DNA of 64,000 nucleotides from Octopus bimaculoides (Eukaryota): assembly GCF_001194135.2 (NCBI RefSeq), contig NC_068990.1, positions 68,575,386-68,639,385 on the forward strand. The letters run 5' to 3'. Under the pieces are notes generated by a model. It searched no databases. It worked only from the letters and a program-made list of their open reading frames with translations, and was not told the DNA's origin. The position numbers and the translations under genes were made by a program. Below, piece by piece: positions 37,561-49,479 of this stretch (its first letter is position 1; each line of letters begins with the position of its first letter).

Positions 37561-37629
<69 letters not shown>

Positions 37630-37752
37630 GTCTTCATCTATATGCAAACACACCTATACACTCACACACGTAAGCCTCTCTCTCTATTTCACTCTCTCTG
37701 TCTCCTCTCTTTCGCTATATATACTCCTGTCTCTCCCACTGTCTTTCTCTCC

Positions 37753-37804
<52 letters not shown>

Positions 37805-37916
37805 NNNNNNNNNNNNNNNNNNNNNNNNNNNNNNNNNNNNNNNNNNNNNNNNNNNNNNNNNNNNNNNNNNNNNNNNNNNNNNNNNNNNNNNNNNNNNNNN
37901 NNNNNNNNNNNNNNNN

Positions 37917-37968
<52 letters not shown>

Positions 37969-38100
37969 TATAGATATATATAAACACACACACACACGCA
38001 CACACGAACACACATATATACATAAATGCATCACACACGCGGACGCATGAGTAAATATAGACACGTACGTAGATGTATACATATGTATATATATATATAC

Positions 38101-38169
<69 letters not shown>

Positions 38170-39515
38170 CATATATACACACATTATGTACCCCTCTATC
38201 TCTCTATGTCTCTCACTGCTTCACTTCATCTATCTATTATTTTATATAACTTTATACCGCTTGCTCATTCCCTTTCCCCATCTCTCTCTCTTCCCTGTCT
38301 TTCTCCGTTTCTCTCTCTCTCCCTACCCCCCTCTCTCTCTCCCTACCCCCCTCTCTCTCNNNNNNNNNNNNNNNNNNNNNNNNNNNNNNNNNNNNNNNNN
38401 NNNNNNNNNNNNNNNNNNNNNNNNNNNNNNNNNNNNNNNNNNNNNNNNNNNNNNNNNNNNNNNNNNNNNNNNNNNNNNNNNNNNNNNNNNNNNNNNNNNN
38501 NNNNNNNNNNNNNNNNNNNNNNNNNNNNNNNNNNNNNNNNNNNNNNNNNNNNNNNNNNNNNNNNNNNNNNNNNNNNNNNNNNNNNNNNNNNNNNNNNNNN
38601 NNNNNNNNNNNNNNNNNNNNNNNNNNNNNNNNNNNNNNNNNNNNNNNNNNNNNNNNNNNNNNNNNNNNNNNNNNNNNNNNNNNNNNNNNNNNNNNNNNNN
38701 NNNNNNNNNNNNNNNNNNNNNNNNNNNNNNNNNNNNNNNNNNNNNNNNNNNNNNNNNNNNNNNNNNNNNNNNNNNNNNNNNNNNNNNNNNNNNNNNNNNN
38801 NNNNNNNNNNNNNNNNNNNNNNNNNNNNNNNNNNNNNNNNNNNNNNNNNNNNNNNNNNNNNNNNNNNNNNNNNNNNNNNNNNNNNNNNNNNNNNNNNNNN
38901 NNNNNNNNNNNNNNNNNNNNNNNNNNNNNNNNNNNNNNNNNNNNNNNNNNNNNNNNNNNNNNNNNNNNNNNNNNNNNNNNNNNNNNNNNNNNNNNNNNNN
39001 NNATATATATATATATACATACTAGTGTGTGTGTATAGAGTGTTAGGTGTGGTATACAGATATTGAATATTGCACATGCACACACACACATACACATACG
39101 CACACACACAAACACAGACATATACATTAACATTCATACACATATATTTGCCCACAGGCATATGCATACACAAAAGAACGATTGATATTACACTCAATCC
39201 CTCACTGGACACTTTGTGTAACTCAGACATTATACATTCTGTCTTGTCACTCCCCGCCCCATCTCCCTCTTTTTTTCCTTTTTAAGTACATTACATACGT
39301 ATGTGCGTATACACATTCGAGTGCATGTGCGTGTGAGTGTGTGCGTGTATTTGTATGTGCGCGTACATTACATACATATCTTTAATATGTACGTTTGCGC
39401 AAAACTGAAAGCCCTCATAACTATCAGTTCTCTCTTATTTCATCGGCCTCTACTTATTTTATTCATGTTAGCCCTCAGATGAACAAAATAAACGCGTCTC
39501 TCTCTTTCTCTCTCT

Positions 39516-39561
<46 letters not shown>

Positions 39562-40074
39562 TCTCCCCTCTCTCGGTATATGTATACATACATACATACA
39601 TACATACAAACATATATATATATATATATATATNNNNNNNNNNNNNNNNNNNNNNNNNNNNNNNNNNNNNNNNNNNNNNNNNNNNNNNNNNNNNNNNNNN
39701 NNNNNNNNNNNNNNNNNNNNNNNNNNNNNNNNNAGTATATGCATATATATATATATATACATGTATGTACATACCTTCATCTACATGTACATATAGATAC
39801 AAATCTGGGTACATGATGTTGCAAAAGAACATGGACAAAATGATAAACAAGGTACAACAAACAAGCAGGCCACATAGAGAACATATCCTTCATCAGCTGC
39901 CACCATTAAAACACCGGCGTTTCGAAGCGTTAGAGCAGTACGCATCGTTAAAATGGCTCTTCCCACGAACACAAATTATATATATATAGATATATATATT
40001 GCTTCCGTGAGTAAAAAACAACTTTATACACCACACATAGACACTGTCTCTCAATCTCAAGCGGAGCGTGAGTT

Positions 40075-40262
40075 TTTAAGTAGTTAGTTTCCTAACCAGA
40101 GTGTCTTCGGATCGATCTCGTACTCGCGTAGTCAGAGCGTTTTCTACTATCGACTCGCGTTGACCATTACATAATCAGTGAAATTTCGGTAAGATAATCT
40201 GTGCAGAAGGCCAGTCACTTGCGTGTATTTACGAGAGGTGGAGCACAGAAGTGTGTAGTTTT

Positions 40263-40322
<60 letters not shown>

Positions 40323-40495
40323 ATGTGTGCGTGTGTATGTGCTTATTATATTGAGCCGTTTTCATAACCTAGCAGTTCAGCAAATATACTTCGATAAAAA
40401 TTGTAGCAAACTGGAATAGAGACTAAAAACCAGAAACGCGGTGCTCCAGCCTGGCCGCAATTCAATGACCGTAACTGATTAAATGAATAAAAGTG
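40075..40495 (+). mobile_element. SINE family B, old degenerate full-length copy
   Basis: Degenerate head, internal (TG)n and tail gcggtgctccagcctggccgca. Confidence 0.55.
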
Positions 40496-41732
40496 TATGA
40501 TGCGAAGAGTGTTAGCGCGCGTGCGTGCGGCTATGTGTGAGTCTATGTGTGTCTGCGTATGTACCTATTTCCCTTGTTTACAGGTTCTTTCACCGCAAGC
40601 CAGCATCAGCTATTTTTGACTACACCACACCCACTCACACCACAACCAGCCTCACCCTCCCACTCCCTTTACTCTCAGCTTCCATCACCCCTTCTGTCTG
40701 TCTGTCACTCTCTCTCTCTCTCTCTCTCTTCCTCTCTCTCTCCAACCACATAACGGTAGCTTTCTTTGCCCTATAGCTATTTATCATCAATAACTCCACC
40801 TCCTATAGTCGTCATTTAACTAATACTTACACATGTTTGGGTTTTGTTACTAACAATTACTATTATTATTATCATTATTCTTATTGCTTTTGTTGTTGCA
40901 GTACATTTTTCTCTCTTTCCTCAATCTTCTTGTCTTGAAACCTTCGCATTTATGCAAAAATCTTTCGCTTGCCTTTCTTTCATTCTCTCTTAATTTCTTT
41001 TTTTTCTTTCGTTCTTGATTTATTTATTTAATTATATAAGAATGTAATAGTATGGGGGTGGAATGGACCTGTCAATAATATGCATGTTTTCCATTCTCTT
41101 TGACACGTTAGGTGCTGGGTGTCAAACATAACTTCCAAATTCTCTTGTGTGTGTTCTGATGACTGACCTCGCAATTCACTTTCTGTATACTCAGAGTATA
41201 AGAAATTGTATGTCCAGGCTAAGCAGTACATCCTTTAGACATAGTATATACACACAGACTTATGCATGCTCGTATATGTGTGTGTGTGTACGTGTGAAAA
41301 TGTGGGACTGGGAAGTGGTCAGTGCTAGTGTGTGCGTGGTGGTGTGATGTGATGTGATGTGTTGGTGTATGGTGGTGTATGGTGTAGTGGTGTGTGGTGT
41401 GGTGTGATGGTGTTGGGAGGTAGGGGAGGCGAGAGTGGGAAAAGCAAGGTTGGGTGTGGGTTAGGCTGAGGGTTTGGGGTTAGGGGTGGGGTATGTAGGA
41501 CTGTGTGTAAGGGATGGGGTGGGGTGGATGGAAAGGTTAGAGAAGGTGGGGATGGAATGTGTAGGTGTGGGTGAGGTGACGAGGGAGGGGTGACGATGAA
41601 GGGGAGGGAAGGAGTATGTGGTAGCAGTGAAGAGAAGAGAGAAGGAGAGTAGGAGTGAAGAGAAGTAGGAGTCGGAGCATGAGAGGAGAGGTGGGTGGGA
41701 GGAAGTAGGTGTGAGGGAGAGAGAGGCGAAGG

Positions 41733-41801
41733 GAAGAAGTTAGATGAAGAGAAGAAGAGGTTAGATGAAGAGGGGAAGAGGTTAGATGAAGAGGGGAAGA
41801 G
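41733..41801. repeat. 21-bp tandem repeat x3 (gaagaggttagatgaagaggg) at the end of the Penelope ORF
   Basis: Direct reading of the sequence. Confidence 0.88.
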
Positions 41802-41804
41802 AGT

Positions 41805-42155
41805 TGAGTCCAGTGGTACAAAGAAGCGAAGAGAGAAGATTAATCCTTGTTCACGACGTAAACGGGAGTTCAGATGGCCCCTGTACAAGGACAATCCGAA
41901 GACGGACAAGTGTTGCAAAGAGTGACCGGTAGAGCAGAAATGGCGCGAGACCGGTGTGTCATTGCCGAGTCGTATGTCTCGGAGGTGTTCCGTGAACCGG
42001 TCAGCCGAGCGGCGTCCCGTTTGCCCGATGTATAGAGAAGAGCAGAGAGAGCAGGAGATGCAGTAGATGACATTAGTAGAAGTGCAGGTGAAGGAGTCGG
42101 TAATGTGATATGGTCGATGATGGGTGCCGGTGAGGAGGATGGTATTGGAGAGGTG
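41805..42155 (-). mobile_element. Penelope-like element GIY-YIG endonuclease domain (upstream part lost in a gap)
   Basis: FTCTSTNVIYCISCSLCSSLYIGQTGRRSADRFTEHLRDIR...PVSRHF...H...RLRREQGLIFSL: VIY...C..C..YIG with the HF/H and REQ motifs of Penelope endonucleases. Confidence 0.92.
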
Positions 42156-43019
42156 NNNNNNNNNNNNNNNNNNNNNNNNNNNNNNNNNNNNNNNNNNNNN
42201 NNNNNNNNNNNNNNNNNNNNNNNNNNNNNNNNNNNNNNNNNNNNNNNNNNNNNNNNNNNNNNNNNNNNNNNNNNNNNNNNNNNNNNNNNNNNNNNNNNNN
42301 NNNNNNNNNNNNNNNNNNNNNNNNNNNNNNNNNNNNNNNNNNNNNNNNNNNNNNNNNNNNNNNNNNNNNNNNNNNNNNNNNNNNNNNNNNNNNNNNNNNN
42401 NNNNNNNNNNNNNNNNNNNNNNNNNNNNNNNNNNNNNNNNNNNNNNNNNNNNNNNNNNNNNNNNNNNNNNNNNNNNNNNNNNNNNNNNNNNNNNNNNNNN
42501 NNNNNNNNNNNNNNNNNNNNNNNNNNNNNNNNNNNNNNNNNNNNNNNNNNNNNNNNNNNNNNNNNNNNNNNNNTATATATATATATATATATATATCACG
42601 CCGAGAAAGTCTGCAGAGAGAAACTTTTCTCTGACGCAGAATCCCGAAGCTGTTTCCTTTCACTTCTCAGCTTACAGGAACGTATGAAAAGTAAATGTAT
42701 ACATCTTTCTATTCATTCGCGATACTTTGTATGCTTGTACTAAATTAATTACAGGTTTGCACATGTTTCTGCACACACCAGCAAATGTAATTTTTGTAGT
42801 TTACTATGTATAGGAACATAAGTTGCGACCTAACTCCAATTATTTGTACGTGTGTGTTTATATGTAAATGTACGTAAACAGTGAGAGAGACATATATGTG
42901 TGTGTGAGTGTATATATGTGTGCATGCGTGTGTGTATATATGTATAAGTACGTAAACAGCGAGAGAGACATATATGTGTGTGTGTGTGTATGTGTGTTGT
43001 GTTGTGTGTATGTGTTGTG

Positions 43020-43098
<79 letters not shown>

Positions 43099-43591
43099 TA
43101 TGAACCAGCTAGTATTAGAGCATATCTAAATCTATGAAAATCACATAATTCATGAAATTTCAGTAATAAATTTTATGAAAGAAATATTATCTCAGATGAG
43201 ACAATGGCAAAGGTGGCATCAAAAGTTTTGAGGATTTTATCTGCTGTTTCAAGAATTGAAACGATCTGTTAGGTTAAATATTAACCTACTGTTTATTGCA
43301 CACGTAGACAATTTTTCGTGATAATGAAACGATTATATTTGTCAAAATTCAATTCATTTCTTTCCAATGTACATCGACATTACTGACAATACAATATGGT
43401 AAAGTATACAACAGAAAAATAGATACCACGGGAATTTTCAGTCAATCAGCGGAGGGAAGAAGAGAAGAAGCGGAAGAATATCCTAGAATGTTATTATTAG
43501 GGGGAAAAAGTAAATTGAATGTAAAGTGAAATGACAGGGTGAAATACAAATGAAACCATACGAAAAGATAAAGAACATATGTGTGTGTGTG

Positions 43592-43646
<55 letters not shown>

Positions 43647-45229
43647 ACGCGCGTTACATCGTAAATCATAATAACTCAGATTTAAATATTATAAAGCCTT
43701 ACTGTGAGTTAAATAAGAATGTAAACACATTTTCCTTATATGTGCGGAATGTGATTTACNNNNNNNNNNNNNNTATATATATATATATATAAATATATAT
43801 GAATTAGAGAGGGCATGTTATTGTTGAAGTCGCGAATAGTGATGGAAAGCCTTTGACTAACTTAGTTGACTGATTAATTAACCGAATAGTTAATAAACAA
43901 CTGATTAGCTACATGGTAGAATCGTTATCTGGTTGCTTACAAATACATATATCCTTGTTTATGATTATCATGAATGTTTGTTCTAAAAAACAGACAATAA
44001 CAAAATCCTGTTAAATGAATAAAAGAGCATATGAGAAAAGTTTCGAGTCCACAAGTTGTCCTGATCATTTGTGGCTGGTCACTGGAGTGCGTTTTTGAAG
44101 TTCACGAACAATCATCGACTGAATCGCACCGACCAATGCTATCACAGATGAATTCTGGATAAGCGTATCATGTTTCCCAATTAGAGTAACGTGTTACCTA
44201 GATCTGTGATGGATGAATCGGTGATAAAGGGAGTTACATGTAATAAAGAAGTGGTGAAATAGGACCAGTGTGTCTGTATCTTATTGACTTAATGATCCTC
44301 CTAGTACACAACTAAATATGACAATTATCTTACACATTTATAATTCGTCAAGGTGAACGTAATAACTTTATGTACCGCATTCTGACCCGAATTACATCTG
44401 ATCAAAACAAACACTGCTTCACTAAAACAAAAACGCGGGTGCTTCTATTAAAACATAGCTAACGATTAATGGAAACAACCACCGATTTCCAACTGCCATT
44501 ATTAAAGTTTTCTTTAACACATTTTGAAATTATAGCTCAGTAGGCGGAGATTAACATTATTTGAGAAAAACTATTCCTGAAGATTCTCAAGGAAAACGAA
44601 ACAATTTGTCTATTATGGAGAAGAGCAAATGATTCTGTAGAATTTAATTATAGAAAAGCAATGAGAATATAGCATATTGTATGTTTTGATATTATTGTTG
44701 TTGCTGATGATGATGATGTTGTTGCTGTTGTCGTTGTTGTTCTTCTTCTTATTGTTGTTGTTACTGTTGATACTATTACTTCTACTACGACCACCATGTA
44801 TGATTTTATGAATATATCATCCTCATCATCACCACCGTCAAAAGGTTATACAGCCATGAATTCATGTTGGCAAATGTTAAAGTTTTCAGAAAATAACAAG
44901 TATCTGATAGTTAAGAGACAAGAAATATATTTCTTTCTGTAATTACTCAGTCATTATAGCAGTGGAGCCTCGTTAATCAGATACGAGAGAGATATCACAT
45001 GCAGGTGTTATGGTCAGAATTAAAAATGGCGGCACTGCTGAAGATAGTTGTTATAATTGTGGTGGTGGGTTGGCGGTGGTAGTTTTGGTGATGGTGAAGA
45101 AGATTGTTCGAATTCGTATTGTCTAATTTGTAAGAATGGATAGGATGTAAGACAGAAAGAAATACAGGGGGAAAGAGAGGGAGAATGAGTATGTAATATA
45201 TATGTATATATATATATATGCATATATAA

Positions 45230-45287
<58 letters not shown>

Positions 45288-45705
45288 NNNNNNNNNNNNN
45301 NNNNNNNNNNNNNNNNNNNNNNNNNNNNNNNNNNNNNNNNNNNNNNNNNNNNNNNNNNNNNNNNNNNNNNNNNNNNNNNNNNNNNNNNNNNNNNNNNNNN
45401 NNNNNNNNNNNNNNNNNNNNNNNNNNNNNNNNNNNNNNNNNNNNNNNNNNNNNNNNATATATATAATATATATAGAGAGAGCGAGAGACAGACAGACAGA
45501 CAGACAGAGGGAGAAAGAAAGAAAGAAATAAAGAAAGAAAACTAAGCGAAATTGAGGAAAATCAAAACGAGAAAGAAAGGTAAAACACGACGGAGGCACA
45601 TAAGGGGACAGACTGCCACGCAGGTAGTGAAATAGAAAAAGACGCAGACAAAGTATTAACTAGAACATCCAACTAAACCAGAATGCGTTGTTTATAATGC
45701 TGTGG

Positions 45706-45762
45706 ACTGCGGTGTGGAAATTCTATCGAAGTTCTATTCGTTGATAGAATTTCGCCAGCAGT
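45706..45762. other. Extended hairpin with an 11-bp perfect core
   Basis: gaaattctatc (45717-45727) is the exact reverse complement of gatagaatttc (45743-45753), and actgc...gcagt extends the stem. Confidence 0.75.
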
Positions 45763-45773
45763 GGCAGATACCG

Positions 45774-45819
45774 CTACTGTATCACGTTATTTCACCGTAT
45801 TGCGAATCATCAGTAGTAG
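45774..45819 (-). ncRNA. Candidate type I hammerhead ribozyme (slightly mutated)
   Basis: Minus strand CUACUA-CUGAUGA-UUCG caaua CGGU-GAAA-UAACGUGA-UA-CAGUAG. All core nucleotides are present, with a 5-bp stem I and near-palindromic stem III. There is a U-U at the stem II base and an A-C at the stem I base. Confidence 0.55.
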
Positions 45820-46148
45820 GAAGCCTGGCACCGAAAGCACAATGTGAATGTGTTTGTTGTGAGTGTTGAGTGTGTTGTGTGTGTATATGTGTGTGTGTGT
45901 ATGTGCGTGTGTGTGTGTGTGTGTGTGCATGTGTGTGTACACACACACACACGCACACACACACAAACAAACACTTCTATCATATGTGTATTTGTGCTTT
46001 TAAAGTCAGGCCAGTAATTGAATAATACCACAATACCTATTCATGCACAGCACAGCGTAAATGACAAAAAGAGAAATTTAGATATTATTTAAAACTAAAT
46101 AAACCTGTTCTTTGCGTAACGCTGATGTGTGAAAAAGAGAAAAGGAGT

Positions 46149-46195
46149 CATACGACGGGCCGTTTCACGGTCTAATCACCGTTTCACAGGAATTA
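46149..46195 (-). ncRNA. Candidate type I hammerhead ribozyme with a core indel
   Basis: Minus strand CUG-UGA-A-ACGGU gauuag ACCGU-GAAA-CGGCCC-GUC: perfect 5-bp stem II, near-palindromic stem III and a GUC triplet. The CUGAUGA core lacks an A, and stem I is weak. Confidence 0.35.
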
Positions 46196-46296
46196 AAAAG
46201 CACACAGAAGCCGGCTGCGTTACTCTACCAACAATACATATAAGCTGCTTACACACTGGTTGGTATTGTTGTCATTGCTATTGTTTTTGTCGTTAA

Positions 46297-46500
46297 GGCG
46301 GTGAACTGGCAGAATACTTTGCACACACGGAAAAATTCTTACCGGCATTTCGTTGGTCTTTATGTGCTGAGTTCAAATTCTCCGAGGTCAACTTTGCCCT
46401 CAGGGGTTGTTAAAATAAGCACAAATTGGGCATCGGGATCGATGTTATTGGACTAGCCCCTCCTATAAAATTTCAGGCCTGGTGCCTATATTAGAAAGTA
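46297..46500 (+). mobile_element. SINE family A, near full length
   Basis: ggcggtgaactggcagaat...gagttcaaattctccgaggtcaactttgcc...tttcaggcctggtgcctatattagaaag followed by (TTA)n. Confidence 0.85.
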
Positions 46501-46524
46501 TTTATTATTATTGTTATTATATAA

Positions 46525-46905
46525 CTGTTCAATATTTGGTAGATTGAGGCAAATTTCTGTTACATCACCTGCTACACTTACGTGTTGCTGGGGCGTGTGC
46601 AGCATTATGTGTTTTTTTTCCTGTTGAGAGTGTGCAAACTCTTCCCAATACTGTATTGTGTTAGCTATTTTTTATTGAGTCTTAGTGCTGTCTTTTGTTG
46701 TGTTACTGCTTTTATTGTATGTTGAATGTGTAATGCTTTGGTTTTCTACCTTGCTGGTGGGAGTTTATTTCATTGGGGGCTGCTTTGTTTAGGTTGTATT
46801 ATTGGGTTGATAGTGTCTTGCGCAGGATGTGGGCTGTTCCTAGCAGGGCTATTTTTGGACAGTGTGTAGTGCTGAGGATCCAGTTATAGCTTCTACATTT
46901 TTGAT
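46525..46905 (-). mobile_element. RLE LINE 3' end between ATT tracts
   Basis: Minus strand ITGSSALHTVQKIALLGTAHILRKTLSTQ* plus 3' UTR; ATT/GTT tract at about 46918-46985. Confidence 0.82.
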
Positions 46906-46927
46906 TTTTAAATGATTTTTATTATGA

Positions 46928-46967
<40 letters not shown>

Positions 46968-47427
46968 GTTATTGTTGTTGTTGTTATTTGTCAGAAGTTA
47001 CAAACTAAACCAAGGGTCCAGAGTTCCGTACGTGGGGGTAGAATAATTTAAACCGATGCAAGTACGTCATAAACAAGTTGTTGTAAAAGAGAAAATTGAA
47101 CAGAAGAAAATGGTAAGACAGAGAGAGAGGAGGAGAGAGACGCAGAGAAAGATAGACAGACAGACGGAGATACCAATGAAAGTAAAAACGTGAAAATGAT
47201 GAATAGATAATAGACATGTTTTCTATATTATAAAACATTAATATTTATACTTCCAGAGTTTTATAATAAATATTTTCCTTGTAATTTCTAGCCACAAAAG
47301 GCACCAAAGATAAATAAAACGAAATAAAAACAAATTTAAGAAATGAACCAAGATGGAGTCATTGTTTTATAGACAGAACGTCTTCGTTCGGTCGACTATA
47401 GCCAATTGCAATCATAAACAGTTATAC

Positions 47428-47446
47428 ATTCGCCAGGGGGCGTTAG
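47428..47446 (+). promoter_or_regulatory. CTCF-like motif (CGCCAGGGGGCG)
   Basis: Match to the bilaterian CTCF core consensus within non-repetitive sequence; motif match only. Confidence 0.3.
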
Positions 47447-48521
47447 TGACTTGAATGAAGCAGTCAAAATTTGTAATCTAAATCGATTTAAGGGACTTAG
47501 CCGACAGGTAAACGCCACCTACGATAACAGCAGAAATCAACATCGATGACAACAACAACAACAACAAAACCACCAGCATCAAGAACAACAATAAGAAACT
47601 AACATTAAGATGATTAAAAGATGAAGATGTTGATGACGGAAAGGATGGTGTTGAAGATTTCTTTATTTGCCACAGGGAAAAGAAAGACAAAGAACTTTAA
47701 GTACACAATATGTCGGATACAATATACAAACAACGTAAAGTTATATGCATCATTTTCTTTTACCATACACATGCAACCATACGTTAACACATGTGGTTGA
47801 GTATACCTACCTACACACACACACTCACACACAGACTTTGTGTATATTACCCTCGGGAAGACAGTAAACATCAAGAATTCTTACTCTGTTGCATTGAGTT
47901 CATTTTTCGGGTGGATTAGGACGATCACCTGATTGGAATTTCTCTGTATTTCATAAATGCATACATACATAAATACATACATTATAAATACATATATACA
48001 CACATACATACACACACATATATACATACATACATACATGCAAACATACATACGTTACATATATACGTAGGTACATGCATAAACACACGTTAAGTTTTCA
48101 ATTGTTTAAAAGCCAATACAATGCAAATTGAAATAACGGAGTGAAAACAAGAAAGGTAGAACAACAGTTTTCACTTTACTTTATATTTCGAGGTGAATAC
48201 TCCTTTGTGAAGAGAAAATGGAGGACGGTGTCGATCTGATATCTATTGTTTAGTTATATGGGTGGAGATTGTAACATGCGCAAACTGGTATTATTCAAAT
48301 AAGTAATTCATACATACGTGTGTGTGTGTGTATGTATGTATGTATGTATGTATGTATGTATGTATGTATGTATGTATGTATGTATGTATCTGAGCATATC
48401 ATTTCTGTATTTATGAATAGCAATATGCCTATACACATTTTGTGTGCAAGTGTGCGCAAATAGATACAATAGAAAATTATAAATTAATTGTAGCTGCATA
48501 CATAAGTGTATGCTTAAGACA

Positions 48522-48695
48522 TAAGCGTACTTACGGTTGTGTAGTTAAAAATTTCGCCTTACAACTACACGGTTTCGGGTTCAGTTTCACAGGGTGGCAT
48601 GTTGGGTAAGCGTTTTCTGCTATAGTTTCGGATTGACCAAATTCTTTGTGAAGTGATTATCATAGACAGAAAATGAAAAAAGGCTCCCGTGTGTG
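48522..48695 (+). mobile_element. SINE family B, 5' half
   Basis: ggttgtgtagttaaaaa...tttcgggttcagtttcac...gttgggtaagcgttttctgctatag...agacagaaaatgaaaaaaggctcccgtgtg. Confidence 0.7.
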
Positions 48696-48703
48696 TATAT
48701 ATA

Positions 48704-49135
48704 CAGCGTGCGATGGGTAAATTGTCGCCATTTTATATTTTTAATTTCGCGCAAGCGTATTGTTTGTTTTTTGATATACACAGTATAGTAGGGTCAGTTG
48801 CGCACAGTCTGTGAAGAAAATAGCACCATGACGCAATTCACTCTACCAGAAATTTGAAAATGACATGCTGTACTGCATGGTATTCGCACCAGAAGCTCCA
48901 ATACCAATATTTCAGAGTGTTTGAGTGTCTACCTGAGGACAGCGCAATCTGACAACACGTACCGAGATTTATAAAAATCAAACATCCAGTCAACATCGTG
49001 GTGTTTGGAATGATTGCTAGTGATGGCGATGTTATGCCTTCATTCATCTTCCCACACAGCCTCACACTCAACACGGTGGCCTACATCAAGTGCCTGCAGG
49101 AGGTAGTGCTGCTCTGGGTCAAGAGGGTGGCTGTT
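48704..49135 (+). mobile_element. maT (DD37D)-like transposon 5' end, internally deleted
   Basis: TA-CAGCGTGCGATGGG start, MTQFTLPEI..., then KHPVNIVVFGMIASDGDVMPSFIFPHSLTLNTVAYIKCLQEVVLLWVKRV. No right TIR seen. Confidence 0.8.
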
Positions 49136-49479
49136 TCTCATTGTGTTTAACGTTTTTTGTAATGTCCTGTACCCATGTATGCATGTATGTATACATATAG
49201 ATGTAGGTATGTATATATATGTATGGATATATGCATATGTTTATATACTATTTATATTATTATATGATCGAACGCCACGCATCCTTTCCCAAGTAAGTAT
49301 ATATATACATATATATACATATATGTATGTAAGTATGTATGTATGTTATCAACCAGTTTCATTTCTGATAGAGCCGGACTCTAACATAGATTCAAGGCTG
49401 CTTCATTGGAACTTTTATCAACATCATCTAGGTATTTGTGCATATGTGTGTGTGTGCAGTATTTGGTGTTAGTGTATGC

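Noticed and set aside
41150-41220. CTGATGA...GAAA on the plus strand near the Penelope fragment
   Set aside because: No stem II closure, no stem I or III and no UH triplet in register.
44100-44170. Minus-strand peptide FICDSIGRCDSVDDCS resembling an LDL-A repeat
   Set aside because: Bounded by stops, the cysteine spacing is incomplete and there are no splice sites.
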